The notes: generated by a model not told the origin, from the letters alone. A stretch of DNA of 41,742 nucleotides from a virus (IMGVR_UViG_2541047836_000006), one strand, 5' to 3'; shown: positions 8,651 through 17,269, counted from the stretch's first letter. Made by a program: numbers and translations.

Positions 8651-8728
8651 GAGTACGATACTAAAGCACTTGCAAAAACTTTCAGTTCAACCATAATGCG
8701 TACTGAAAGTACGAAAAAGGACATTCCT
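8651..8728. promoter_or_regulatory. OR/pR-pRM divergent control region with operator-like palindrome
   Basis: Candidate pR -35 TTGCAA (8670-8675) and -10 CATAAT (8692-8697); palindrome CGTACTGAAAGTACG at 8699-8713; inverted repeat ACTTTCAGT/ACTGAAAGT; extra AGTACG half-site at 8652-8657. Confidence 0.5.
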
Positions 8729-8956
8729 ATGCAAAATCTTGATGAGCCGATTAAAGGTGTCGGCATCCCTGAAGTTGCGAAGGCTTGTGGAGTTAGCGAA
8801 AGGGCTGTCTATAAGTGGCTCAAAAACGGCTTCCTCCCTAAGACTGAGTTTTTTGGGAAAACGAAATACGCATCAAAAATCGAAGAGATTTCTGGTGGCA
8901 AATATCAAGCAAGCGAAATGCTTGAAATAAGCAAAAAGAACCTTCTGGCAGCATAA
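8729..8956 (+). CDS. cro: Cro-like HTH regulator
   Basis: 75-aa product from ATG at 8729 (SD AAAAAGG 8 nt upstream); HTH motif GIPEVAKACGVSERAVYKW; first gene rightward of the OR region. Confidence 0.8.
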   Translation: MQNLDEPIKGVGIPEVAKACGVSERAVYKWLKNGFLPKTEFFGKTKYASKIEEISGGKYQASEMLEISKKNLLAA

Positions 8957-8963
8957 GTAACAC

Positions 8964-8998
8964 CGCTCTTTATCAATCTGCACCGCCGACAACGCGGT
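8964..8998 (+). promoter_or_regulatory. nutR: nutR site (boxA CGCTCTTTA and boxB hairpin ACCGCCGACAACGCGGT)
   Basis: boxA consensus at 8964-8972; boxB stem-loop at 8982-8998 matches the P22 nutR boxB. Confidence 0.7.
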
Positions 8999-9062
8999 AA
9001 CTAATTAAGAACTCATCGAAAGATGCGTATTAGTGATTATTTACCTATGGAAATAGTAAGAA

Positions 9063-9362
9063 ATGGAACAAACAAATTACAGCAAACTATCACAGCGCGA
9101 CGTTGATCGCGCAGAAACAGATTTACTTATCAACCTGTCAACGCTTACTCAGCGCGGTCTGGCAAAGATGATTGGCTGTCATGAATCGAAGATAAGCAGA
9201 ACAGACTGGAGGTTTATAGCTTCGGTCTTGTGTGCTTTTGGCATGGCATCAGACATCAGTCCGATTAGCAGAGCTTTTAAGTATGCGCTTGATGAAATCA
9301 CCAATAAAAAACGCCCGGTGTGCAAGACCGAGCGTTCTGAACAAATCCAGATGGAGTTCTGA
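9063..9362 (+). CDS. cII: cII transcriptional activator
   Basis: 99-aa protein ending …TNKKRPVCKTERSEQIQMEF, matching the lambda CII C-terminus; located between cro and O. Confidence 0.9.
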   Translation: MEQTNYSKLSQRDVDRAETDLLINLSTLTQRGLAKMIGCHESKISRTDWRFIASVLCAFGMASDISPISRAFKYALDEITNKKRPVCKTERSEQIQMEF

Positions 9363-9383
9363 GGTCATTACTGGATCTATCAA
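9307..9383 (-). ncRNA. oop: oop antisense RNA (position inferred from lambda)
   Basis: cII 3' end and cII-O intergenic DNA match lambda, where the 77-nt oop RNA is leftward and overlaps the cII 3' end; coordinates transferred by offset, not verified. Confidence 0.4.
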
Positions 9384-9394
9384 CAGGAGTCATT

Positions 9395-10294
9395 ATGACA
9401 AATACAGCAAAAATACTCAACTTCGGCAGAGGTAACTTTGCCGGACAGGAGCGTAATGTGGCAGATCTCGATGATGGTTACGCCAGACTATCAAATATGC
9501 TGCTTGAGGCTTATTCGGGCGCAGATCTGACCAAGCGACAGTTTAAAGTGCTGCTTGCCATTCTGCGTAAAACCTATGGGTGGAATAAACCAATGGACAG
9601 AATCACCGATTCTCAACTTAGCGAGATTACAAAGTTACCTGTCAAACGGTGCAATGAAGCCAAGTTAGAACTCGTCAGAATGAATATTATCAAGCAGCAA
9701 GGCGGCATGTTTGGACCAAACAAAAACATCTCAGAATGGTGCATCCCTCAAAACGAGGGAAAATCCCCTAAAACGAGGGATAAAACATCCCTCAAATTGG
9801 GGGATTGCTATCCCTCAAAACAGGGGGACACAAAAGACACTATTACAAAAGAAAAAAGAAAAGATTATTCGTCCGAGAATTCTGGCGAATCCTCTGACCA
9901 GCCAGAAAACGATCTTTCTGTGGTTAAACCGGATGCTGCAATTCAGAGCGGCAGTAAGTGGGGAACAGCAGAAGACCTGACCGCCGCAGAGTGGATGTTT
10001 GACATGGTGAAGACCATCGCGCCATCAGCCAGAAAACCGAATTTTGCTGGGTGGGCTAACGATATCCGCCTGATGCGTGAACGTGACGGACGTAACCACC
10101 GCGATATGTGTGTGCTTTTCCGCTGGGCCTGCCAGGACAACTTCTGGTCCGGTAACGTGCTGAGTCCGGCCAAACTCCGCGACAAGTGGACCCAGCTCGA
10201 AATCAACCGTAACAAGCAACAGGCTGGCGTGACAGCCGGAAAACCAAAACTCGACCTGACAAACACTGACTGGATTTACGGGGTGGATCTATGA
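9395..10294 (+). CDS. O: Replication initiator O
   Basis: 299-aa protein MTNTAKILNFGRGNFAGQERNVADLDDGYARLSNMLLEAY… matches lambda O; contains the ori iterons. Confidence 0.95.
   Translation: MTNTAKILNFGRGNFAGQERNVADLDDGYARLSNMLLEAYSGADLTKRQFKVLLAILRKTYGWNKPMDRITDSQLSEITKLPVKRCNEAKLELVRMNIIKQQGGMFGPNKNISEWCIPQNEGKSPKTRDKTSLKLGDCYPSKQGDTKDTITKEKRKDYSSENSGESSDQPENDLSVVKPDAAIQSGSKWGTAEDLTAAEWMFDMVKTIAPSARKPNFAGWANDIRLMRERDGRNHRDMCVLFRWACQDNFWSGNVLSPAKLRDKWTQLEINRNKQQAGVTAGKPKLDLTNTDWIYGVDL
9743..9828 (+). repeat. ori-lambda iterons (four ~18-bp direct repeats, O-binding sites) followed by an AT-rich region
   Basis: ATCCCTCAAAACGAGGGA / TCCCCTAAAACGAGGGA / ATCCCTCAAATTGGGGGA / ATCCCTCAAAACAGGGGGA inside the O coding sequence, followed by aaaagaaaaaagaaaag. 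Confidence 0.85.
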
Positions 10295-10992
10295 AAAACA
10301 TCGCCGCACAGATGGTTAACTTTGACCGTGAGCAGATGCGTCGGATCGCCAACAACATGCCGGAACAGTACGACGAAAAGCCACAGGTACAGCAGGTAGC
10401 GCAGATCATCAACGGTGTGTTCAGCCAGTTACTGGCAACTTTCCCGGCGAGCCTGGCTAACCGTGACCAGAACGAACTGAACGAAATCCGCCGCCAGTGG
10501 GTTCTGGCTTTCCGGGAAAACGGGATCACCACAATGGAACAGGTTAACGCAGGAATGCGCGTAGCCCGTCGGCAGAATCGACCATTTCTGCCATCACCCG
10601 GGCAGTTTGTTGCATGGTGCCGGGAAGAAGCATCCGTTATCGCCGGACTGCCAAACGTCAGCGAGCTGGTTGATATGGTTTACGAGTATTGCCGGAAGCG
10701 AGGCCTGTATCCGGATGCGGAGTCTTATCCGTGGAAATCAAATGCGCACTACTGGCTGGTTACCAACCTGTATCAGAACATGCGGGCCAATGCGCTTACT
10801 GATGCGGAATTACGCCGTAAGGCCGCAGATGAGCTTGTCCATATGACTGCGAGAATTAACCGTGGTGAGGCGATCCCTGAACCAGTAAAACAACTTCCTG
10901 TCATGGGCGGTAGACCTCTAAATCGTGCACAGGCTCTGGCGAAGATCGCAGAAATCAAAGCTAAGTTCGGACTGAAAGGAGCAAGTGTATGA
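10291..10992 (+). CDS. P: Replication protein P (DnaB helicase loader)
   Basis: 233-aa protein MKNIAAQMVNFDREQMRRIANNMPEQYDEKPQVQQ… matches lambda P; ATGA overlap with O. Confidence 0.95.
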   Translation: MKNIAAQMVNFDREQMRRIANNMPEQYDEKPQVQQVAQIINGVFSQLLATFPASLANRDQNELNEIRRQWVLAFRENGITTMEQVNAGMRVARRQNRPFLPSPGQFVAWCREEASVIAGLPNVSELVDMVYEYCRKRGLYPDAESYPWKSNAHYWLVTNLYQNMRANALTDAELRRKAADELVHMTARINRGEAIPEPVKQLPVMGGRPLNRAQALAKIAEIKAKFGLKGASV

Positions 10993-11279
10993 CGGGCAAA
11001 GAGGCAATTATTCATTACCTGGGGACGCATAATAGCTTCTGTGCGCCGGACGTTGCCGCGCTAACAGGCGCAACAGTAACCAGCATAAATCAGGCCGCGG
11101 CTAAAATGGCACGGGCAGGTCTTCTGGTTATCGAAGGTAAGGTCTGGCGAACGGTGTATTACCGGTTTGCTACCAGGGAAGAACGGGAAGGAAAGATGAG
11201 CACGAACCTGATTTTCAAGGAGTGTCGCCAGAGTGCCGCGATGAAACGGGTATTGGCGGTATATGGAGTTAAAAGATGA
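10989..11279 (+). CDS. ren: Ren (resistance to Rex exclusion)
   Basis: 96-aa protein MTGKEAIIHYLGTHNSFCAPDVAALTGATVTSINQAAAKMARAGLLVIEGK… matches lambda Ren. Confidence 0.9.
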   Translation: MTGKEAIIHYLGTHNSFCAPDVAALTGATVTSINQAAAKMARAGLLVIEGKVWRTVYYRFATREEREGKMSTNLIFKECRQSAAMKRVLAVYGVKR

Positions 11280-11352
11280 CCATCTACATTACTGAGCTAA
11301 TAACAGGCCTGCTGGTAATCGCAGGCCTTTTTATTTGGGGGAGAGGGAAGTC

Positions 11353-11793
11353 ATGAAAAAACTAACCTTTGAAATTCGATCTCCAGCACATCAGCAAAAC
11401 GCTATTCACGCAGTACAGCAAATCCTTCCAGACCCAACCAAACCAATCGTAGTAACCATTCAGGAACGCAACCGCAGCTTAGACCAAAACAGGAAGCTAT
11501 GGGCCTGCTTAGGTGACGTCTCTCGTCAGGTTGAATGGCATGGTCGCTGGCTGGATGCAGAAAGCTGGAAGTGTGTGTTTACCGCAGCATTAAAGCAGCA
11601 GGATGTTGTTCCTAACCTTGCCGGGAATGGCTTTGTGGTAATAGGCCAGTCAACCAGCAGGATGCGTGTAGGCGAATTTGCGGAGCTATTAGAGCTTATA
11701 CAGGCATTCGGTACAGAGCGTGGCGTTAAGTGGTCAGACGAAGCGAGACTGGCTCTGGAGTGGAAAGCGAGATGGGGAGATCGGGCTGCATGA
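11353..11793 (+). CDS. ninB: NinB (Orf-family recombination mediator)
   Basis: 146-aa protein MKKLTFEIRSPAHQQNAIHAVQQILPDP… matches lambda NinB; SD GGGAGAGGGAAG. Confidence 0.9.
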   Translation: MKKLTFEIRSPAHQQNAIHAVQQILPDPTKPIVVTIQERNRSLDQNRKLWACLGDVSRQVEWHGRWLDAESWKCVFTAALKQQDVVPNLAGNGFVVIGQSTSRMRVGEFAELLELIQAFGTERGVKWSDEARLALEWKARWGDRAA

Positions 11794-12317
11794 CTATCAA
11801 ATCAAATACGCCAGCACACGACAAGGACTGCTGGCAAACGCCGCTTTGGCTTTTTGATGCACTGGATATTGAGTTTGGATTCTGGCTGGATTCGGCAGCG
11901 AGCGACAAAAATGCTCTGTGTGCTCACTGGCTAACTGAGGCCGACGACGCGCTCAATTCTGAGTGGGTAAGCCACGGTGCAATCTGGAATAACCCACCGT
12001 ACAGCAATATCAGGCCGTGGGTGGAAAAAGCCGCTGAGCAGTGCATACAACAGCGACAGACGGTAGTTATGCTTGTGCCAGAGGATATGTCAGTCGGATG
12101 GTTCAGCAAGGCTCTGGAGAGTGTCGACGAAGTTCGCATTATCACTGATGGACGGATTAATTTTATCGAACCATCGACAGGGCTGGAGAAGAAGGGAAAC
12201 AGCAAAGGCTCCATGCTGCTGATTTGGCGACCGTTCATCAGTCCTCGACGGATGTTTACTACCGTATCCAAAGCGGCATTGATGGCGATCGGGCAGGGCG
12301 TCAGGAGGGCGGCATGA
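11790..12317 (+). CDS. Phage DNA N6-adenine methyltransferase (Dam-like, orphan)
   Basis: 175-aa product from ATG overlapping the ninB stop; catalytic motif NPPY (…[14 protein letters not shown]…); no adjacent restriction endonuclease. Confidence 0.8.
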   Translation: MTIKSNTPAHDKDCWQTPLWLFDALDIEFGFWLDSAASDKNALCAHWLTEADDALNSEWVSHGAIWNNPPYSNIRPWVEKAAEQCIQQRQTVVMLVPEDMSVGWFSKALESVDEVRIITDGRINFIEPSTGLEKKGNSKGSMLLIWRPFISPRRMFTTVSKAALMAIGQGVRRAA

Positions 12318-12490
12318 GGCGACAGCGACGAAGTTTCACCGACATCATCTGCGAAAACTGCAAATACCTTCCAACGAAACGCTCCAGAAATAAACGCAAG
12401 CCAATCCCAAAAGAATCTGACGTAAAAACCTTCAATTACACAGCTCACCTGTGGGATATCCGGTGGCTAAGATATCGTGCGAGGAAATGA
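12314..12490 (+). CDS. ninE: NinE
   Basis: 58-aa product [58 protein letters not shown] matching lambda NinE; ATGA overlap with methyltransferase stop. Confidence 0.85.
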   Translation: MRRQRRSFTDIICENCKYLPTKRSRNKRKPIPKESDVKTFNYTAHLWDIRWLRYRARK

Positions 12491-12834
12491 CAATGGATTA
12501 TTCACAGTTAAGTGATTTTGAAATTAACAGAATGGTAGGAGACATAATTTTTAAAGGCCTTTGGGCAAGTAAACCGGAAACATCAGGGAATAACACCAAC
12601 AAATGGTATTACGGAAATGCTGATACAACTTTTGAGCCATTAAATCATTTGCCTGACTACTGCAATGATCCGAGCGCTTCATGGCCGATTATTGAGAAAT
12701 ACAGGATTTCTATCTTAGACCAGTTAACTGAATGGTGTGTGGATGCAAAAGGCGTAAGCCCAATATTTGATACCAGACCTCTCCGCGCCGCCATTATTGT
12801 CTTTCTCCTGATGCAGGAGGCCAATAATGCTTAG
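12487..12834 (+). CDS. Hypothetical nin-region protein
   Basis: 115-aa product from ATG at 12487 ([19 protein letters not shown]…), overlapping the ninE stop; no recognised motif. Confidence 0.55.
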   Translation: MTMDYSQLSDFEINRMVGDIIFKGLWASKPETSGNNTNKWYYGNADTTFEPLNHLPDYCNDPSASWPIIEKYRISILDQLTEWCVDAKGVSPIFDTRPLRAAIIVFLLMQEANNA

Positions 12835-13021
12835 CCCATCTCAATCCCTTCAATACCTGAAAGGAAGCATAGAGCGGGCTTCAATGTGCACAGAGTGGAT
12901 TCTATCTAGGTTTAGCGCATACAGAAGATTGCCGGTAAAGGGCATGCCAAGCAAGTCGATGCTGCATATGCAAAAGAATGCGCGCGGGAAGGTATGGCGA
13001 GAACGCAGGTTATCTGGCTGA
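12827..13021 (+). CDS. NinF-like N-terminus fused to divergent sequence (possible mosaic or frameshifted remnant)
   Basis: First ~20 aa [21 protein letters not shown] resemble lambda Nin[22 protein letters not shown], then diverge; a different frame (12916-13044) encodes …[28 protein letters not shown], resembling a DLP12 YbcO-family C-terminus. Confidence 0.35.
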   Translation: MLSPSQSLQYLKGSIERASMCTEWILSRFSAYRRLPVKGMPSKSMLHMQKNARGKVWRERRLSG

Positions 13022-13040
13022 AAGAGGGGGTAATTAAGGC

Positions 13041-13403
13041 GTGAATACTTACCACATCACACTACCCTGGCCTCCGAGCAATAATCGCTATTATCGCCAT
13101 AATCGCGGGCGCACGCACGTCAGCGCAGAGGGGCAGGCATACCGCGATAACGTCGCCCGAATCATTAAAAACGCAATGCTGGATATCGGCCTGGCGATGC
13201 CTGTGAAAATCCGCATTGAGTGCCACATGCCGGATCGCCGTCGCCGTGACCTGGATAATCTGCAAAAAGCCGCTTTTGACGCACTCACCAAAGCAGGTTT
13301 CTGGCTGGATGATGCTCAGGTCGTTGATTACCGCGTTGTGAAGATGCCTGTTACCAAAGGTGGGAGGCTGGAATTGACCATCACCGAAATGGGGAATGAA
13401 TGA
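13041..13403 (+). CDS. rusA: RusA Holliday-junction resolvase
   Basis: 120-aa protein [50 protein letters not shown]… near-identical to remembered DLP12 RusA; GTG start. Confidence 0.95.
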   Translation: MNTYHITLPWPPSNNRYYRHNRGRTHVSAEGQAYRDNVARIIKNAMLDIGLAMPVKIRIECHMPDRRRRDLDNLQKAAFDALTKAGFWLDDAQVVDYRVVKMPVTKGGRLELTITEMGNE

Positions 13404-13540
13404 TGTTTGAGTTTTATATGGCAGAACGTCTTCGCCACCGCTGGGTGCGTCTGCGCTTATATCGTTTCCCCGGTTCTGTTTTGACCGATTACCGAATACT
13501 GAAGAATTACGCCAAAACACTGACAGGAGCAGGAGTATGA
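13400..13540 (+). CDS. ylcG: Small protein YlcG-like
   Basis: 46-aa [49 protein letters not shown] overlapping the rusA stop; matches remembered DLP12 ylcG; below the ORF-track cutoff. Confidence 0.7.
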   Translation: MMFEFYMAERLRHRWVRLRLYRFPGSVLTDYRILKNYAKTLTGAGV

Positions 13541-13625
13541 AGTCAGAGATAACAATCAACTAATACTGTTTTGCTGATTTTTGCTTGTAATTGGCGTTCT
13601 GGTCTGATTTTTGTGGAGTAAGTTG

Positions 13626-14003
13626 ATGCGTGATATTCAGATGGTTCTTGAGCGTTGGGGAGCGTGGGCGGCTAATAATCATGAAGATGTGACCTGGTCG
13701 TCCATTGCCGCCGGTTTTAAGGGATTAATTCCTTCAAAAGTAAAATCTCGCCCGCAATGTTGTGACGATGACGCGATGATCATTTGCGGGTGCATGGCCC
13801 GTCTGAAAAATAACAACAGCGATTTGCATGATTTGTTAGTGGACTATTATGTCGGCGGCATGACTTTTATGGCGCTTGCGCGTAAGCATGGTAGATCTGA
13901 TTGTTGGATTGGCAGGATGCTCCAAAAAGCTGAGGGCGTAGTGGAGGGCATGCTGATGGTGTTGGATCTCAGATTGGAGATGGATGCTGATTGTTTGAGA
14001 TAA
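13626..14003 (+). CDS. Q: Late-gene antiterminator Q (QuuD/phage-21-type)
   Basis: 125-aa product from ATG at 13626 (SD GGAGTAAG); [33 protein letters not shown]… with Cys-rich zinc motif ([14 protein letters not shown]); matches remembered DLP12 QuuD. Confidence 0.85.
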   Translation: MRDIQMVLERWGAWAANNHEDVTWSSIAAGFKGLIPSKVKSRPQCCDDDAMIICGCMARLKNNNSDLHDLLVDYYVGGMTFMALARKHGRSDCWIGRMLQKAEGVVEGMLMVLDLRLEMDADCLR

Positions 14004-14102
14004 TTAAAGGAAAAGTTGCTGTCTGGTTATCATTAGACTAATGTTTCAAATGTTAGAATCGCAACGTAGTTATGATCATATAACAGCTTGTTCCCTGATT
14101 TA

Positions 14103-14131
14103 GCCAGCCTCCCCAAAGGCTGGTTTTTTTT
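14103..14131 (+). terminator. Rho-independent terminator downstream of Q (tR'-like)
   Basis: Hairpin CCAGCC-tccccaaa-GGCTGG followed by TTTTTTTT (14124-14131). Confidence 0.65.
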
Positions 14132-14159
14132 CTAATAAGTATCAATCCGGTTAGGTATT

Positions 14160-14684
14160 TTATTGTTTGACCCATAATAGTTCATTGACATTGAATCCCA
14201 ATTTTTGAGCAGTACGCACATAGTCTGCTTTTACATTATCTGGAATAGTTGGAGTCCGTGCCAGAATCCATAGGTATTCTCTGTTCGGACCACTGACAAG
14301 AGCATACTTATACTCATCATCCAGTTTGATTACATTATAGCCACCATAGAAGGGGCCAAAAAACGAAACCTTCAACGCTGCAGTTGTATTATCTCCTGTA
14401 AAGTATGCTTTACCTTCGCTCTCGCTCCATTTGTTTTTCGTTGGGTCATATCCACGATTAAGTACACTAATCCCTCCGTCGTTCCGTTTCCCATAAGTGG
14501 CGCTGACCTGTTCCAGACCACGTTCAAATCGGTTCTCAAGCCGAGCTATTTCATACCATTTTCCGAGGTAGCGGTTGGTGTCAAAATTTGTAATCGGCTG
14601 CACACCTTTAGGTGGTGTCGGGGCCTTACATGCTATCAGAGTGAAAGAGAGTGCAATGCCAGTCAACACAGGCCATAACTTCAT
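14160..14684 (-). CDS. Blc-like bacterial lipocalin, outer-membrane lipoprotein (moron)
   Basis: 174-aa ORF; signal peptide with lipobox LIAC (MKLWPVLTGIALSFTLIACKAP); lipocalin-like motif GKWYEIARLENRFERG; AT-rich; opposite strand to flanking late genes. Confidence 0.8.
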   Translation of the reverse strand: MKLWPVLTGIALSFTLIACKAPTPPKGVQPITNFDTNRYLGKWYEIARLENRFERGLEQVSATYGKRNDGGISVLNRGYDPTKNKWSESEGKAYFTGDNTTAALKVSFFGPFYGGYNVIKLDDEYKYALVSGPNREYLWILARTPTIPDNVKADYVRTAQKLGFNVNELLWVKQ

Positions 14685-14876
14685 AATATATCCTGTACTT
14701 TTGATAGTTGAGAGTAAGTATTAAAGATAGATGATTACTACCGATCACCTAAAGAACTTTCCTACTATATTAGGAATAGTCCATAACAAAAAAATTGTCA
14801 GTGATGACGGCAGAAAGGCAGTTTAGGTCGTGTACTACACTGTTAACCTGTTAATGAATTAGTCAAGGGGTAGGCA

Positions 14877-15836
14877 ATGATAAAAAAACCTGTCGTTGGG
14901 ATCAGTGGTTGTTTGGCCGGTTCTTCTGTCCGTTTTGATGGTGGTCACAAAAGAGCTAGCTTTTTAATGGACAAATTACTGGAATGGGTAACATTCAAAC
15001 CAGTATGTCCGGAAATGGCTATAGGGCTTCCAGTTCCGCGTCCTGCTCTACGTCTTGTTCGCTCGGCGCAAGGAAATATACGGATGTGTTTCAGCCACGA
15101 CCAGAATGAGGATGTTACAGAGAAAATGACAGAGTTTAGTCGTTCTTATCTTGACAAATTAAAGGATGTATCGGGATTTGTGGTTTGTGCAAAATCTCCT
15201 AGCTGTGGTATGGAACGCGTGCGTGTATATGATGAAAATGGTAATCGTGGTCGTAAAGATGGAGTGGGACTATTTACGAGCACGTTGATGGAAAGGTTTT
15301 CCTGGCTACCGGTTGAAGAGGATGGGCGACTACATGATCCAGTGCTTCGTGAAAACTTTGTTGAAAGAGTATTTGCTTTACATGAGCTCAATCATCTTTA
15401 TAAAGCGAAATTATCAAGAAGGGAATTATTAGCTTTTCATAGCCGTTATAAGCTTCAGTTGTTGGCGCATAGCCAGGCCGGTTATAAAGAGATGGGGCCA
15501 TTTGTGGCTGCAATACATGAGTGGGCAGACCTTGAATCATACTTTGAGGTGTATCGTGAGAAGCTGATGGCGATTCTCAGAAAACCTGCATCACGTAAAA
15601 ATCACACGAATGTGCTGATGCATATACAGGGATATTTTAGTAACTGCTTAAATACACGTCAGCGTAAAGAGTTGAGCGATGTTATACTTAACTATCGAGC
15701 TGGCACGCTACCTCTTCTTGCGCCATTAACTTTGCTGAAGCATTACTTGGCAGAGTATCCTGATGATTATTTGCTTATACAGAATTACTTCCACCCCTAT
15801 CCTGATGAACTGGCTCTAAGACTCTTGGTGAACTAG
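14877..15836 (+). CDS. DUF523(TudS-like)-DUF1722 fusion protein, putative thiouridine desulfidase-like Fe-S enzyme (moron)
   Basis: 319-aa ORF with SD; N-terminal Cys-rich region (GISGCLAG, VCPEMA, CAKSPSCGMERV) resembling DUF523; C-terminal helical half resembling DUF1722/YbgA; family assignment from memory, not searched. Confidence 0.65.
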   Translation: MIKKPVVGISGCLAGSSVRFDGGHKRASFLMDKLLEWVTFKPVCPEMAIGLPVPRPALRLVRSAQGNIRMCFSHDQNEDVTEKMTEFSRSYLDKLKDVSGFVVCAKSPSCGMERVRVYDENGNRGRKDGVGLFTSTLMERFSWLPVEEDGRLHDPVLRENFVERVFALHELNHLYKAKLSRRELLAFHSRYKLQLLAHSQAGYKEMGPFVAAIHEWADLESYFEVYREKLMAILRKPASRKNHTNVLMHIQGYFSNCLNTRQRKELSDVILNYRAGTLPLLAPLTLLKHYLAEYPDDYLLIQNYFHPYPDELALRLLVN

Positions 15837-16154
15837 GCGTTTGGAATGCACCAACAAGATGATTTTCTCCTTAGAGAATGTTTACAATCGTAAAAACTTC
15901 ACTATGATATCTATAGTTGTACAGTTTGTAAAAAAATTCGGTTCATGCTTAAGGTAATGTTAATATGTTAATTAATGATTAATAATCAAGCAAGCCAAAA
16001 ATAGTTCTGTTTAATCTAGTATTACATAAATATTTTAAAGAAAATATCAAAGTTCATGATGATATAATGAGATTTTTCTCATTGAAAATATGGCAATTTT
16101 AATATTTCCACCTATACTTACTTAACTCAAATCTAATTATGTCAGGTGGATGGT

Positions 16155-16886
16155 ATGCCATGCATATGTTCTATCATTTTGGTTTTGAACTCGTTTGATA
16201 TCCGGCTTGGTAAAGAAAAAATCTCTCTAAAAAAAGGAAGTGTTGTTGCTATAGAATACAATTTAAAAGTTTTCTTTTCTTCAAATAAAGATAATATAAT
16301 GATCGTGGATATTGAAGAGAAAACAGTTAATGACTTCTTTAAAAACAATACACTCTCACCTTTTTCTGTAAGAAGATTTTATTCAGCATACTTGATAGTA
16401 AACTGTACAGACTATTCATTGTTAAAGAACTTGATAGGTTGCTTGAATTGTGATGGTGAAACTACGGCTGTAGTTAAAAATTCAATATTATTTGCATGTC
16501 TTGCTATTTTATCCTCGGAAAAAATGTTTCAGAGTTTTTTGTTTGGGTGTCTTAATAGTTTAGGAAGCAAAGTTAAGGCTATTATTCACTCGGACATATC
16601 TGCAGCATGGAGACTTTGTGATATTTCTTCAAGACTATGTCTGAGTGAAAGTTTGTTAAAAAGAAAACTAAAACACGAAGGCTTATCATTTAGCAAATTA
16701 ATTCTTGAAGAACGAATGGTGATGGCTGAAAGGTTATTAAGCTACAATTTCTATCCTGTTGGGAAAGTTGCTAAAATATGTGGTTATGAAAGCGCGTCAT
16801 ATTTTATAAGTGTTTTCAGAAGATATTTTGGTGTTCCCCCCCATGAATATTCATCAAGATTTTTTTTAGAAAAAGGCAAGATGTAA
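16155..16886 (+). CDS. AraC-family transcriptional regulator (AppY/EnvY-like), AT-rich moron
   Basis: C-terminal AraC HTH signature (…KVAKICGYESASYFISVFRRYFGVPPHEY); ATG at 16155 preceded by AGGTGG (track ORF begins at GTG 16146); preceded by ~300 bp of very AT-rich DNA. Confidence 0.8.
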   Translation: MPCICSIILVLNSFDIRLGKEKISLKKGSVVAIEYNLKVFFSSNKDNIMIVDIEEKTVNDFFKNNTLSPFSVRRFYSAYLIVNCTDYSLLKNLIGCLNCDGETTAVVKNSILFACLAILSSEKMFQSFLFGCLNSLGSKVKAIIHSDISAAWRLCDISSRLCLSESLLKRKLKHEGLSFSKLILEERMVMAERLLSYNFYPVGKVAKICGYESASYFISVFRRYFGVPPHEYSSRFFLEKGKM

Positions 16887-17053
16887 CGTGATGCGTTTTG
16901 ATGATTTTGTAATTTTCATATTTGATGATTATATGATGCTTTCAGCTACGCCAGAATAATCGCTGGCGTTTTTCTTTTCTAATGTAACTTCTGTATCTTT
17001 CCCTCTTTCATTCCAAACCGTGTACACCATCCGTTATTCGCGGAGGTGAGGCT

Positions 17054-17269
17054 ATGAAATCCATGGACAAGTTAACAACGGGCATTGCCTACGGCACCTC
17101 TGCAGGCAGTGCTGGCTACTGGTTTTTACAGTGGCTTGATCAGGTCAGTCCGTCACAGTGGGCGGCGATTGGAGTGCTTGGAAGCCTTGTGTTGGGTTTT
17201 CTCACTTATCTGACAAACCTTTATTTCAAGATTAAAGAAGATAAGCGTAAGGCTGCGAGAGGTGAATAA
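17054..17269 (+). CDS. S: Holin, class II pinholin (S21-type) with dual-start motif
   Basis: 71-aa protein [71 protein letters not shown] matches phage 21 S; two Met starts (codons 1 and 4) for antiholin/holin; SD GGAGGTGAGG. Confidence 0.9.
   Translation: MKSMDKLTTGIAYGTSAGSAGYWFLQWLDQVSPSQWAAIGVLGSLVLGFLTYLTNLYFKIKEDKRKAARGE

Noticed and set aside
8696-8728. Upstream ATG (8696) extending cro by 11 codons
   Set aside because: That ATG lies within the predicted pR -10/operator region and lacks an SD; the ATG at 8729 has a properly spaced SD, so the shorter 75-aa product is preferred.
9711-9980. 89-aa alternate-frame ORF within O, and the possibility that the direct repeats are a CRISPR array
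   Set aside because: The repeats are the four ori-lambda iterons; there are no spacer/repeat alternations or cas genes; the ORF is a frame artefact.
14004-17053. tRNA genes in the Q-S region (as in some Stx phages)
   Set aside because: The intergenic stretches were read for cloverleaf-compatible sequence and a GTTCGAATC-like T-loop; none found. The region is AT-rich non-coding DNA plus the three moron genes.
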